From positions 4,352,001-4,416,000 of the forward strand of contig OZ220744.1 of NCBI GenBank assembly GCA_965116925.1: a stretch of DNA of 64,000 bases, in the 5' to 3' direction. Source of the DNA: Candidatus Poribacteria bacterium (GTDB lineage: Bacteria; Poribacteria; WGA-4E; PCPOR2b). Below, one piece after another: positions 28,578 to 38,473 of this stretch. A program made the translations under genes and the position numbers. The stretch's first letter is position 1. Every line of letters begins with the position of its first letter. The notes below the pieces were generated by a model, which worked only from the letters and a program-made list of their open reading frames with translations, searched no databases and was not told the origin of the DNA.

Positions 28578-30254
28578 ATGAAGATTGAACCTTTCAATGA
28601 GATTGACCTTGTCCGACAGACGTTAGAGGGCGATACGTCGGCGTTTGATCGGTTGGTCAAGATACACCGAACAACAATCTATGCGCTGGTCATTTCATAT
28701 ATCAAAGATCCGGCGGATGCCGAAGATCTCACACAACAGATATTTATTCGGGCATACGAGCGGTTGGCAACCTTGCGGGAGTTAGATCGCTTTCGACCGT
28801 GGCTTCAACAGATTGCACACAACACCTGCAAGGATTGGTTCCGGCGGCGAAGCGATTCGACAACCCACTTTGAGGCGGCTAACGACACAGATTTCGCTGA
28901 AGCCGCTCCATCCCCTGAAGATATTGTACTGAAGGCTGAAATTGAAACTGTTGTTCGACAGGCAATCAGTACCCTACAGGAAACCGACCGTCGACTGATG
29001 GAAGCCCGTTACATTGAAGGGGTAAGTTACGATCAGCTGCGGGTCGAATCCGGTTTATCGTATGCAGCGGTTGCCAACCGCCTCAAGCGTGCGAAGCAGG
29101 AGGTTCGCGGCCGAATCGAAAAACTGTTGGGTGGTGTCGTGATATTGCCGGGTCGAACATTTATTTTGGGGGGTATAGAAGCCGTGAAATTCTCAATGAA
29201 AGCAAAATTCGCAGCAGTCGGGGTTGCGGCGGTTATCGGAGTGAGTGGGGGTGGTGTGTTGTACCACCAGGCATTTGAATCAAATCCCGCTGCAGTAAAC
29301 GAACAGGCAATTTTAACAGCAAACGCTGTTACAGGGGATTCATCCACGAAGGGTGTACATTGGACAGATACAGTGTCGGGTAATAGTTTCCCAATGAATG
29401 GTACATCTATGCTTGAAAAGGGTGGGGCGAATCGTTCTGAAGTTTCAACAGATAGCGAAGTCGTTAATATCAAGGATATACGCAAACTGTCGAAAGGGGA
29501 TTTGCGAGAATTACCAGCGGAGGTTCTTCAACGCATAATAGAAGCCCTAGAAAACCATACTGGCAAGCCAATGACTTGGACGTTTGAAGATAGACTCGGA
29601 AAAACCATTTTCATAGAGAAGGGGTTAGAGCAGGAAATCGCGAGTAACGAACTTATTATCCCACCTCCATTGACAGAGGAGGAGTTAAAGCAGAAAATCG
29701 CAAATGGAGAAGTTACCCAGGTCACAATTAAGGGTGAGAACGGAGAAGTCACGCAGAGTTTGTTCATGCCAAAGTCCACACAACTGACAGATGAGGAAGT
29801 AGAGCAGAGAATCGCAAGTGGAGAATTAATCCGCCTACCCACCGCGGGCACTACGCCATCTACATCAACAGAGTCACAGCCAAATTCCACTCATTCTGTA
29901 TTAACCCCGTCCGATCCATCGGTTGAGTCTGTGACTACCTACCCTGAAATACCGACCCAATTTTCATCAGATGACGAGTGGGCAGAATTTGAGGAACTGT
30001 TAAACGAATTCTCAGATGAAGATTGGGCAGAATTGGAGAGACTGCTGAGAACCGCCTCGGAAGGGGAAGTGCTACAACGGGAAGAGCGGGCACCGCTCAA
30101 TGTTCAACCGCAGCAGCAGATTGAAGAAACTATCGAGGAGCCGCCTGTTGATCCATCCGTGCGACAAAAGATACAGCACCAACGGCGTCTCCCCCTTGAA
30201 AACGATACCCACGCGCTGCCCCCGAAGACAGATAGGAACATGGGGCGAAAGTAG
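28578..30254 (+). CDS. ECF sigma-70 factor fused to a TM helix and a long extracytoplasmic tail
   Basis: Region 2 (DAEDLTQQIFIRAY, F.PWL..IAHN), region 4 HTH (NRLKRAK), TM segment FAAVGVAAVIGVSGGGVLY. Confidence 0.85.
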   Translation: MKIEPFNEIDLVRQTLEGDTSAFDRLVKIHRTTIYALVISYIKDPADAEDLTQQIFIRAYERLATLRELDRFRPWLQQIAHNTCKDWFRRRSDSTTHFEAANDTDFAEAAPSPEDIVLKAEIETVVRQAISTLQETDRRLMEARYIEGVSYDQLRVESGLSYAAVANRLKRAKQEVRGRIEKLLGGVVILPGRTFILGGIEAVKFSMKAKFAAVGVAAVIGVSGGGVLYHQAFESNPAAVNEQAILTANAVTGDSSTKGVHWTDTVSGNSFPMNGTSMLEKGGANRSEVSTDSEVVNIKDIRKLSKGDLRELPAEVLQRIIEALENHTGKPMTWTFEDRLGKTIFIEKGLEQEIASNELIIPPPLTEEELKQKIANGEVTQVTIKGENGEVTQSLFMPKSTQLTDEEVEQRIASGELIRLPTAGTTPSTSTESQPNSTHSVLTPSDPSVESVTTYPEIPTQFSSDDEWAEFEELLNEFSDEDWAELERLLRTASEGEVLQREERAPLNVQPQQQIEETIEEPPVDPSVRQKIQHQRRLPLENDTHALPPKTDRNMGRK

Positions 30255-30403
30255 GTGAGAATGTCATCTTTTACCATTTTAGGGGCAAAACCAACCGATT
30301 TTGAGGACATTTACTCGTAAAATGATAACTTTCAGAGATTAATTTGGATTTTTCAAACAGGTTCTTAGTGAAAATTCTCAAAATTGCTATAAAGGAGGAA
30401 ACA

Positions 30404-31309
30404 ATGCGATTTGTAATTGTTAGTATGCTCGGTTTAATCCTGCTTGGGTTAGGATTTCTTCTTCCCATCCAGTCTCATGCCAGCCAGTCTCATAAATTGG
30501 AGAAAACTATACCGCAGAACCAGTCTGACGTGCATAGTCCTCCTGAACCATCCCACTCTAGTACTCAGGTTACTATGAAAAAGATGTTCACTGCATTTAG
30601 GTCACCCCTTGAGAAGATAGCTCCGGACGCGGCGCGTTCCGAAATTCTTACCATTGCGAAACACCTATTCGGAGACCATCCGCTCGTTGATGAATGGGTT
30701 CTACTTTGTTTCCAACTAAGGCGCGATGGAAAAGGATCGTTTTTGGAATTGAAACGTTTTGCTGAATTGCAAATTCAAATGCTGTCAGACCTTGACGCTG
30801 AAAAACATATCCAAGAAATTGAGGCTTATCAAGTTGCCTTGGAAGAGCTAGATCGGGTCTCTCAAATTTACAAACAGGCCAAAGGAGTAAACCTCCCATT
30901 ACGTTCTCCTGAGGAACTAACTGCCTCAACTCACGGCTGGGATTCGGAAGCATTAAAGCAGCTCGTTAAATTCAACTCACTTAAGAAGACAAATCCGGAG
31001 GCAGCACGTGCCAAACTTTCGGAAATTGCCAAAATCCGGTTCGGAACTCATGACCTTATTGATGAATGGATATCACTCTATTTCCGTTTAAGTCGTGAAA
31101 AAAAAGGGGTGATTTCAGATGTGAAACGTGTGTCTGAATTGGAAATTCAAATGTTTACTGACGCTTCTGCCGAAAAGCATGCGGAACCGATAGAACAGCA
31201 TCGAAAAGCACTGAAACAATACGATGAACTTGTGAAAATACTCAAAGAACAGGGTCAAAATCCTGAAAAGGTCAAAGTGGATTTTAAATCAATCCTTAGC
31301 TATCATTGA
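30404..31309 (+). CDS. Secreted hypothetical protein with a duplicated helical domain
   Basis: AAGGAGG RBS, signal peptide, two copies of P.AAR...IAK..FG.H.L.DEW..L.F.L.R...QM..D..AEKH. Confidence 0.7.
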   Translation: MRFVIVSMLGLILLGLGFLLPIQSHASQSHKLEKTIPQNQSDVHSPPEPSHSSTQVTMKKMFTAFRSPLEKIAPDAARSEILTIAKHLFGDHPLVDEWVLLCFQLRRDGKGSFLELKRFAELQIQMLSDLDAEKHIQEIEAYQVALEELDRVSQIYKQAKGVNLPLRSPEELTASTHGWDSEALKQLVKFNSLKKTNPEAARAKLSEIAKIRFGTHDLIDEWISLYFRLSREKKGVISDVKRVSELEIQMFTDASAEKHAEPIEQHRKALKQYDELVKILKEQGQNPEKVKVDFKSILSYH

Positions 31310-31615
31310 CAGTCAATCAGTCGAAACGACCAAACTAGCAGCTAGTAGAGGCAGGGTTATTAACAGAAGTCTTTAGTTGGCATATAATCTGTGCTGATGC
31401 TGGCTATCGCGGAGAATTAGGCGGCTGGTTATATATGATGCATCAGTGTCGATTGGAATCCCGATATATCGGGACAGGATTTGTCGTCGTCCCCTTACGT
31501 TGGATTGTGGAGCGCACCTTTTCTTGATTCGGTTGCTTTCGCCGATTGACTGTGGACTATGAACGTTCTGCTGAAACCGCTGAAGTAATGGTGTACATTT
31601 TGAAACACCAGTCAT

Positions 31616-32386
31616 TTAAATATTCGATTTTGACTGACAACCATCGACGTTGAGACACGCACCGGTGACGAGGCCTGCACGGTCAGAGGCGAGGAACACC
31701 ACCACATCCGCTACCTCTTCAGGTTTTCCAAACCGACCTAGCGGCATATCGCTTTCGACGAATGCAGCGATCCCTTCTGGATCTTCGTTTTGCCGCCGCT
31801 CCCAGCCGCCGCCGGGGAATAGAATTGAACCGGGGGCAACGCTGTTGACGCGGATGTTATCCTTGGCAAGCTCACCCGCGAGAGACTTCGACATGCTGAT
31901 CTCTGCTGCCTTTGCCGCATTATAGGTGATATGTCCACCGCCCTCTCGTCCGTAAATTGATGAGATGGTGATGATAACGCCGCCTCCTTGCGCCTGCATT
32001 GTTGGGATAACGCCTCGACTCATGCGGGCGGCGGAAACGAGGTTCAGATCGATGATTTCGTGCCACTCCTCATCGGAAATCTCAGGGGTCGGGGTCCACT
32101 TGCTCCCGCCGACATTGTTAATCAGCACATCAACCCGTCCGTATTGTTCTAGTGTCGCTGCTACAAATGCGTCGGCGTCCTCGCCTTTTGTGACATCGGC
32201 AAGCTTGGCAAATACCTCCGCTCCAAGTGCCTGAACCTCGTCGGCAGCTGCGTTGAGTGTCTCCTGTGTTCTGCCACAGATGCTCAATTTCGCGCCTTCC
32301 GCTGCGAAACCGAGCGTGATCGCTTTCCCGATGCCTCGACTGGCACCGGTGACAATGACAACTTTATCTTTAAGGTTTAAATCCAC
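31616..32386 (-). CDS. SDR family oxidoreductase
   Basis: TGASRGIG, NNVG, YNAAK, NSVAPG. Confidence 0.92.
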   Translation of the reverse strand: MDLNLKDKVVIVTGASRGIGKAITLGFAAEGAKLSICGRTQETLNAAADEVQALGAEVFAKLADVTKGEDADAFVAATLEQYGRVDVLINNVGGSKWTPTPEISDEEWHEIIDLNLVSAARMSRGVIPTMQAQGGGVIITISSIYGREGGGHITYNAAKAAEISMSKSLAGELAKDNIRVNSVAPGSILFPGGGWERRQNEDPEGIAAFVESDMPLGRFGKPEEVADVVVFLASDRAGLVTGACLNVDGCQSKSNI

Positions 32387-32400
32387 TTCGTTTTCTCCTA

Positions 32401-33915
32401 TTACGATATAAGCGAAATCAATTTAGGAATTACATTCCGAATGATTGTCAACGTTCCGAAGATTGAGTAGAACCCTGCACAGGCAATGAGTCCAATCTGC
32501 CGCCAAATCGAGGGTTGAATCTCTTTCGGTAGGAATTTTCGATTCACGTAGAGGGTGTGCAGCGCGGTAATCACGAGCAAGTACCCGCCGATTGTCGCAG
32601 AGACCAAGATCATAAAAAACGGCTTTGCCAGATAGAGTGCGACAACACCCCAGAGGATATAGATGACAAGAATTGGATAATAGATCCATTTCGCATTATG
32701 CTCTTCCATTTTCCGCGCACTTGCAAATCCGGTCCAAATAATGTCTGTGTAACGACGTGGGACTCCGTCCACACCGCCCAACTGGGTTGAAAAGAGCACC
32801 CAGAATCCACACAGCAGCGTGAGATACCAGAAGATTCGTCCGCCTTTTGCGGCAAGCCCATCTGCCTGAAACGCTGCTGCTGACCATTGATCGATCTCCT
32901 GTCCTGCGGGAACGAATTCAATTGTCAACATGGCGGGCAGTGCCAGACCAAAGAAACATCCGATGACCCAGATGTAATACTGCTCGAAGCGGTTATATTT
33001 CCACCATTCGCGAAAGCGTTCCAAATTTTCAGGGGTTATCCGAAAGACTTTGCCGATATGCGTCAGCGTCACCTGCTGTCCACCAATCAGAGAGGGGATT
33101 GCACCGACGAGGCTGCTCATACCCCACCCCTTGTCGCGGACATAGTTGCTGATACCGACGTTGCCTAGCCCACCGCTTCCCGCGTAGGCAGCAAACGCAC
33201 CGAGTAACAGCCAATCAATATTACCGCCCTCTGCTGATGGCAACGCCCCAAAACTAAAAAATCCTTTGATCACGGTCCACCACACCTTGGGGGGCACCAT
33301 AAACAGATCGATCAGGAGCAGGTAGCCGATAATCCAGATGACCATTGCTAGTTGGACTTTTTCAAGGGCGTTGTATATTTTTTTGCCAAATAGGACGATT
33401 CCCAAACATAGAAAGAACGCCAGATACGCAAAGAGTCGTACTGTACCTTGATCCGCCTCCCCCGGCATATATCCCAACCATGCCGCTGCGATAGCTGTGG
33501 CAGCGGTCGCTGCCCAGCCGGGCCAGATGCCGAAGAAGTCTATACCTGAATAGAAAAATGCCCAGAACCGTGAGCCCGGTTTGCAGCGCATATAACCGCT
33601 GAACATCGGTTCTCCTGTATAAATCGTGTAGCGTATTGACTCTGTGTTGATGAAAGATTGGAGTAGGATGGCGATTGTCGCTATCCATAGGAGTCGTCCA
33701 CCGTACTGTGCGGTGATTGCCGGCCCGAGTAGCCATTCGCCGCTGCCAATTGAGCCGCCTAGTGCGATAATCCCCGGGCCCAAAACGGTGCGAAACGCGC
33801 GACTGAAGCGGTAGGGTGGCGGAGCGGGTAGGTCTGCAACCTCCCAATCGGGCAAACAACCGCCATCGACCTTCTCCGATGAAGAATCACTGACATTTGT
33901 GTTGGACTGTTCCAT
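32401..33915 (-). CDS. Nramp/APC-superfamily membrane transporter
   Basis: LGPGII..GGSIGSGEW, RYT.YTGE, about 11 hydrophobic segments; start at MEQSN with GGAG RBS. Confidence 0.8.
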   Translation of the reverse strand: MEQSNTNVSDSSSEKVDGGCLPDWEVADLPAPPPYRFSRAFRTVLGPGIIALGGSIGSGEWLLGPAITAQYGGRLLWIATIAILLQSFINTESIRYTIYTGEPMFSGYMRCKPGSRFWAFFYSGIDFFGIWPGWAATAATAIAAAWLGYMPGEADQGTVRLFAYLAFFLCLGIVLFGKKIYNALEKVQLAMVIWIIGYLLLIDLFMVPPKVWWTVIKGFFSFGALPSAEGGNIDWLLLGAFAAYAGSGGLGNVGISNYVRDKGWGMSSLVGAIPSLIGGQQVTLTHIGKVFRITPENLERFREWWKYNRFEQYYIWVIGCFFGLALPAMLTIEFVPAGQEIDQWSAAAFQADGLAAKGGRIFWYLTLLCGFWVLFSTQLGGVDGVPRRYTDIIWTGFASARKMEEHNAKWIYYPILVIYILWGVVALYLAKPFFMILVSATIGGYLLVITALHTLYVNRKFLPKEIQPSIWRQIGLIACAGFYSIFGTLTIIRNVIPKLISLIS

Positions 33916-33938
33916 ATTCGCTCCTTTTTTGATTTTAG

Positions 33939-34101
33939 TAGGACTTACGCAGTTGAACACTCAGATACCTGTAGTTCGGCGATTTATCGCCGCAAGACAC
34001 TATCTCCAACGCCCGATGAATCGGGCAACTACAACAGAGATTCCATAAGGGATTCGTAGGGAACGCAGATCTGCGTTCCCTACTGAAGTGCGTAACTCCT
34101 A
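33939..34101. mobile_element. MITE (163 bp) with 13-bp TIRs carrying three REP palindromes
   Basis: TAGGACTTACGCA ... TGCGTAACTCCTA (12/13 inverted match). Internal GTAGTTCGGCGATTTATCGCCG, CGCCCGATGAATCGGGCAACTAC and GTAGGGAACGCAGATCTGCGTTCCCTAC. Confidence 0.8.
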
Positions 34102-34241
34102 TTTAGTACCTAAGATTCTATCCTACGTTTTCAGACGTTTAGTTGGATAAGAATTTGACCTATTTTAGCAGAAGTCGATCCCAATGTCACGTGGAAAATT
34201 GGTGGTTTAGAGGTATGCAAATATACAAATGACAAACGAGA

Positions 34242-34300
34242 TTGACGTACCCCCAAACCTAAAGGATTGGGATTTAGACCTAAAAGGGTTTTTCGTTAAA
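34242..34300 (-). mobile_element. Minimal IS200/IS605 derivative (fused left and right ends, PATE-like)
   Basis: Minus strand TTTAACGAAAAACCCTTTTAGGTCTAAATCCCAATCCTTTAGGTTTGGGGGTACGTCAA matches both ends of the 56952-57305 element. Confidence 0.7.
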
Positions 34301-34332
34301 GACTAGCAGCCCTGCTCTATTCTACCGAAATA

Positions 34333-35430
34333 TTATTCATCCCAAGAAGATGTTTCGGGCGGTTGGAGTTCCAAGATTTCGAGGACGCGGCGGATTGGAA
34401 TGCCATATCTAACGTTGCCGTCACGGCCGACAACCGTGTGTGCTTTGAGCAGCGAGTTGATGATCGATTCTTCGGTCGCTTCAATGACGGCGCGAAACAG
34501 AAGGCTTAACGCGCCCTCGTCGTGAAATGCTGGGGACGAAACCCCGATACGGTTGGTTGTTGAGAAGGCGATGACAAAATCACCGCTGCCGTGCGATGCG
34601 ATTGCCCCGGTTCGTGCGAGCCCAAACGTCGCCCGCCTGGCTACGCGGGTGAGTTGTCGGTGGGAAACCGGCGCATCCGTCGCAACGATGATCATGATCG
34701 ACCCCGGTCGCTCCTCTGAGATATCCTCTGGTGTTAAGTGCTCCCCAATCGGAAAGCCGTCTATCCTCAAATCAGAGGCACCTCCGGTATTAGTCAAGAC
34801 CAAAACACCAGTCGTATACGGAGTTCCGTCCACTTGAACCACACGCGAAGCGGTTCCAATTCCAGCTTTCCAGCCGAAACCGCTCATACCTACGCCGGCA
34901 CCAACGACGCCTTCCTCGACATTCGTGTGAGACGCAGTCTCCAACGCCTCAAAGACATGCTCCCGCTGGACATGACGCCCTAGAATATCGTTGAGAAAAC
35001 TGTCGTTACATTCACCGACGATTGGATTAAATGAATAGACGCCCGGATTCTGGGCTGAGACATAATCCACAAGCGCGTCGGCAGCAGTCCAGACGTTGAG
35101 TGTACCTGTTAGGAGAATAGGGGTTTCGATATTTCCGAGTTCAAGCAGTTGCGGCAAGCCGATTGATTTACCGAAGGCGTTGATGATATGCGCTGTCCCT
35201 GTCACTTTTTCAGAAAAAATATTGCCATCGTGCGGCAAGATAGCTGTCACGCCTGTGCGGATGGGACCGTTGCCGGGGGAGAGCGGTCCTTCTCCCGATA
35301 CGCGTGTGACATGCCCTACTTTGACACCGGGAACGTCGATCATTCCGTTGAGTTCGCCGGTCGGTAGAACCCCAATTTGGATGCCAATTTCGCGGGTACG
35401 AGGTCGATTTGGTTTAATAGGTGTTTGCAT
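34333..35430 (-). CDS. P1/S58 family peptidase (DmpA-like aminopeptidase)
   Basis: DVPGVKVGH, RTGVTAILP, GECNDS.LND, EGVVGAG.GM, GSGDFVIAFST. Confidence 0.92.
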   Translation of the reverse strand: MQTPIKPNRPRTREIGIQIGVLPTGELNGMIDVPGVKVGHVTRVSGEGPLSPGNGPIRTGVTAILPHDGNIFSEKVTGTAHIINAFGKSIGLPQLLELGNIETPILLTGTLNVWTAADALVDYVSAQNPGVYSFNPIVGECNDSFLNDILGRHVQREHVFEALETASHTNVEEGVVGAGVGMSGFGWKAGIGTASRVVQVDGTPYTTGVLVLTNTGGASDLRIDGFPIGEHLTPEDISEERPGSIMIIVATDAPVSHRQLTRVARRATFGLARTGAIASHGSGDFVIAFSTTNRIGVSSPAFHDEGALSLLFRAVIEATEESIINSLLKAHTVVGRDGNVRYGIPIRRVLEILELQPPETSSWDE

Positions 35431-35643
35431 AGGAAGGTCCGCCTTTTGAGGGTAGATATAAGAACGTAAAACGTGATACGTAAAAAAATTGGTTCATTAG
35501 TTCATTGGTGCCTGACTTGTGGGATATATAGAAAAAGAATGTGTAAAATGCGGTCGCTGTGGCACAATTTCTTAACATAAACCAATTTGATATACATTAT
35601 ATCAGAACACGCCAAAACATCAAGTGCGTTTGCAGATTTCCAC

Positions 35644-35673
35644 TTGACATCAACGCTGTATGCGTAATAGAAT
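35644..35673 (+). promoter_or_regulatory. Putative sigma70 promoter of the 35973-42697 cluster
   Basis: TTGACA-N18-TAGAAT. Confidence 0.55.
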
Positions 35674-35939
35674 AGCTCAAGTGTTGGGTTTCACTCTCGC
35701 TATCTATCGGAAGTCGTGTTGAGAGGCAGAAACTCGACTGTCCTTGATAGCGAGGTGCTTTCAACCGTTCAACCCAACCTACGATATGATACTGTATGCG
35801 TAATAGAATAGCTCAAGTGTTGGGTTTCACTCTCGCTATCTATCGGAAGTCGTGTTGAGAGGCAGAAACTCGGCTGTCCTTGATAGTGAGGTGCTTTCAA
35901 CCGTTCAACCCAACCTACGATATGATACTGTATGCGTAA
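35656..35939 (+). repeat. Tandem duplication of a 136-bp structured unit (2 copies + 12 bp)
   Basis: Units start at 35656, 35792 and 35928; 2 mismatches between full copies. Each unit is a nested hairpin with outer arms TGTTGGGTT / AACCCAACCTAC. Confidence 0.9.
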
Positions 35940-35972
35940 GGGATATTCAGAATTGAATCAAGGAGCCCAAAC

Positions 35973-37028
35973 ATGACGAAACGATACAGTGCCTGCCTCA
36001 TCGGCTGCGGCCGGATGGGGGCGACAATCGATGACGAGGTTCGAGACCATCCCCAAAGTTTTCGATGGATTCCGTACTCGCACGCCGCCGGACATATTGC
36101 TTCAGCACACACGGATTTGATTGCTGTTTCGGATGTCCTGCCGGAAAAGGTGAAAACGATCCAAGAGCGGTACAACGTTCCAGAGGGCTACACCGACTAT
36201 CGTGAGATGATTCGGAAGGAGAAGCCGGATATTGTGAGTATCGCCACCCGTCCGGCGACACATGCCGAAATCACGGTTTTTGCGGCGGAAAATGGGGTCA
36301 AAGGCATCTACTGCGAGAAACCGCTCTGCTGCTCAATGGAAGAAGCAGACGCGATGTTAGAGGCGTGCGAAAAGCACGATGTCAAATTCAATTACGGTAC
36401 GCAACGCCGCTATATGCCCCTCTTTCAAAAAATGCGAGAACTGATAGATCAGGGAGAGTTGGGTGATATTCAAGCTGTGATTGGTCATGCCGGTGTCGGT
36501 GCGGCGCAGTGGGGACACACACATACCTCTGATATGCTGCTCTATCTGGCAAGCGATTCTGAAATCGAGTATGTGCAGGGCGACGTGAATGTAGATTTAG
36601 CGGATTTTGTCGGGAATCGTGTGGACGACGATCCGGGGATTCCGATGGGATATGTAACGTTCAAGAACGGTGTCCGCGGCTATCTGCTAGCGAGTGGCGG
36701 TTTTGAGTTTGAGGTAAGTGGTTCAAAGGGTAAGCTCCGCACGTTTAACGACAGCGTGGCGTGTCAATGGCGCAAGATACAGGAGGAGTGGAACATCCTC
36801 GAAGAGGTCCCATTCCCTGAACCGCCGCGTAAGAGCGGAACTGTTGGGGCAATCGACGATATAGTTGCTGCGATTGAGGAGGGACGCGAAACGACGGGCA
36901 ATATTCAAATCGCTTGCCGCAGTCAGGAGATGATTCTCGGTTTCGTTGAATCGCAACGGCATGGCGGCGCGAAGGTATCGCTGCCGTTGACGGATCGTGG
37001 GCTTTACGTTGGTAGACAGAATTGGTAG
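35973..37028 (+). CDS. Gfo/Idh/MocA family oxidoreductase
   Basis: IGCGRMG, DIVSIAT...H, YCEKP, THTSD. Confidence 0.9.
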   Translation: MTKRYSACLIGCGRMGATIDDEVRDHPQSFRWIPYSHAAGHIASAHTDLIAVSDVLPEKVKTIQERYNVPEGYTDYREMIRKEKPDIVSIATRPATHAEITVFAAENGVKGIYCEKPLCCSMEEADAMLEACEKHDVKFNYGTQRRYMPLFQKMRELIDQGELGDIQAVIGHAGVGAAQWGHTHTSDMLLYLASDSEIEYVQGDVNVDLADFVGNRVDDDPGIPMGYVTFKNGVRGYLLASGGFEFEVSGSKGKLRTFNDSVACQWRKIQEEWNILEEVPFPEPPRKSGTVGAIDDIVAAIEEGRETTGNIQIACRSQEMILGFVESQRHGGAKVSLPLTDRGLYVGRQNW

Positions 37029-37041
37029 AAAGGGGCCTTAA

Positions 37042-38172
37042 ATGAAAATTACACAGATCGATGTTTGGACGGTTGTTGTTCCAGTATACCCCGAAGCGGT
37101 GCACAGCGAGGAATACGGCGGTTATCCCGATTGGGCAAGGGTGCCCAAGCAGATTATTCGGATGCATACTGACGAAGGTATCACTGGAATCGGTGAAACT
37201 GGGAGAGGGCAATCCACACAAGCGGTAGCTCAAGCGGCTGAACAGTTGAAGGGCAGGGATGTGATGCAGATGTGTTTGCAGAACGTCTTTCGCACAGATC
37301 CACTCAAGCCAAATCCTGAATCGCCAGAGGATTGGGAGATTGACCCCGGTCCCTATCCCACCGGATACGAGGCGTTTGAAATGGCGGTTTTTGACCTCAT
37401 TGGCAAACGGCTTGATGTGCCTGTTCATACCCTTCTGGGTGGTGCCTGTCGGGATAAGGTGCGAGCGGATTTTTGGATCGGGCATCAGACGCCGGAGCAT
37501 ACGGGACGCAGTACAGAAATTGCCATTGAGCGAGGGTTCACTGGACTGAAAACAAAATGCCGAATCCAAGAGCCGATGGCGGAACGGATACGAGCGGTCT
37601 GGGAGGTTGGCGGATCGGACTTCAAAATGACGGTCGATCCGAATGAGCGTTTTTATACCGTCGAGCAGACGCTTGAGCTTGCCGACCAGATAAAGGAACT
37701 TGAAAATGTCGAGGTGTTTGAGGATCCTATCCCGAAGAAGGGCTTGCGGGACGATGTGCTAGCGCAGTATCGCTATATGCGCGGGGAATTACCGTTCCCG
37801 TTAGCACTCCATCTCGGCGGTGCGTCGGATGTGATTAAAGCGATTCGTGCGGACGCAGTAGATTATCTCAACCTCGGTGGCTCGATGGTCAACTTTGTCA
37901 AAGCGGCTGCGATTGCACAGGCAGCAGGCATCCCTGTGTGGCACGGATCCGGGAACGATCTTGGGATTATGGAGCGGTCTTATCTTCACGCCGCCGCTGT
38001 CGCGCCAAACTGTGTCCTCGCCAGTGATTTCGTCGGGAGCTGGACCCGCATTGATGATCTGATTACGGAAGGGTTTACCTTTGAGAAGGGGTATACGCCC
38101 GTGCCGCAATCGCCCGGGTTGGGCTGTGAATTGGATCTAGATGCGTTGGAGAAGTATCGGGTGGATAAGTAG
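37042..38172 (+). CDS. Enolase superfamily enzyme (mandelate racemase/muconate lactonizing)
   Basis: TDEGITGIGE, EMAVFDLIGK, KTK, VDPN, FEDP, PGLG.ELD. Confidence 0.88.
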   Translation: MKITQIDVWTVVVPVYPEAVHSEEYGGYPDWARVPKQIIRMHTDEGITGIGETGRGQSTQAVAQAAEQLKGRDVMQMCLQNVFRTDPLKPNPESPEDWEIDPGPYPTGYEAFEMAVFDLIGKRLDVPVHTLLGGACRDKVRADFWIGHQTPEHTGRSTEIAIERGFTGLKTKCRIQEPMAERIRAVWEVGGSDFKMTVDPNERFYTVEQTLELADQIKELENVEVFEDPIPKKGLRDDVLAQYRYMRGELPFPLALHLGGASDVIKAIRADAVDYLNLGGSMVNFVKAAAIAQAAGIPVWHGSGNDLGIMERSYLHAAAVAPNCVLASDFVGSWTRIDDLITEGFTFEKGYTPVPQSPGLGCELDLDALEKYRVDK

Positions 38173-38200
38173 AAACGACAACGGAATGGAGGTCAACAAA

Positions 38201-38395
38201 ATGCCAGTTATCAAACTTCCCGAAGCAGATTGGGGAGAAGCGTGGCGATTACTGATTCAGGAGGGTGGAACAACACGAATTTCTAAAGACCACGTTTATA
38301 TCGTTTCGGGGCGTCAAATCGGATTATTGCAAGACAAACAGCTACCTTTTGAGGTGCTTGATGAGTCAGACCGTCATTCCGTAAGCGATCTATAA
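38201..38395 (+). CDS. Small hypothetical protein
   Basis: GGAGG RBS + ATG, fits the gap in a co-directional cluster. Confidence 0.6.
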   Translation: MPVIKLPEADWGEAWRLLIQEGGTTRISKDHVYIVSGRQIGLLQDKQLPFEVLDESDRHSVSDL

Positions 38396-38473
38396 GAGAC
38401 TTAGATTACAAGTGTTGAAGTAACCGTTTTTTAAGAAAGTATGGGTGTGCCAAACTGTGCATGGAGGCATAAT

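Noticed and set aside
31373..31615. 80-aa ORF directly after the SDR stop
   Set aside because: No recognisable motif or RBS; insufficient support
35656..35939. CRISPR array
   Set aside because: The whole 136-bp unit is duplicated, there are no unique spacers, and there are no cas genes in the window
36745..37569. Long antisense ORFs (this one, 10184-10864, 22354-22923, 55880-56488 and similar)
   Set aside because: Shadow frames opposite well-supported genes, with no motifs
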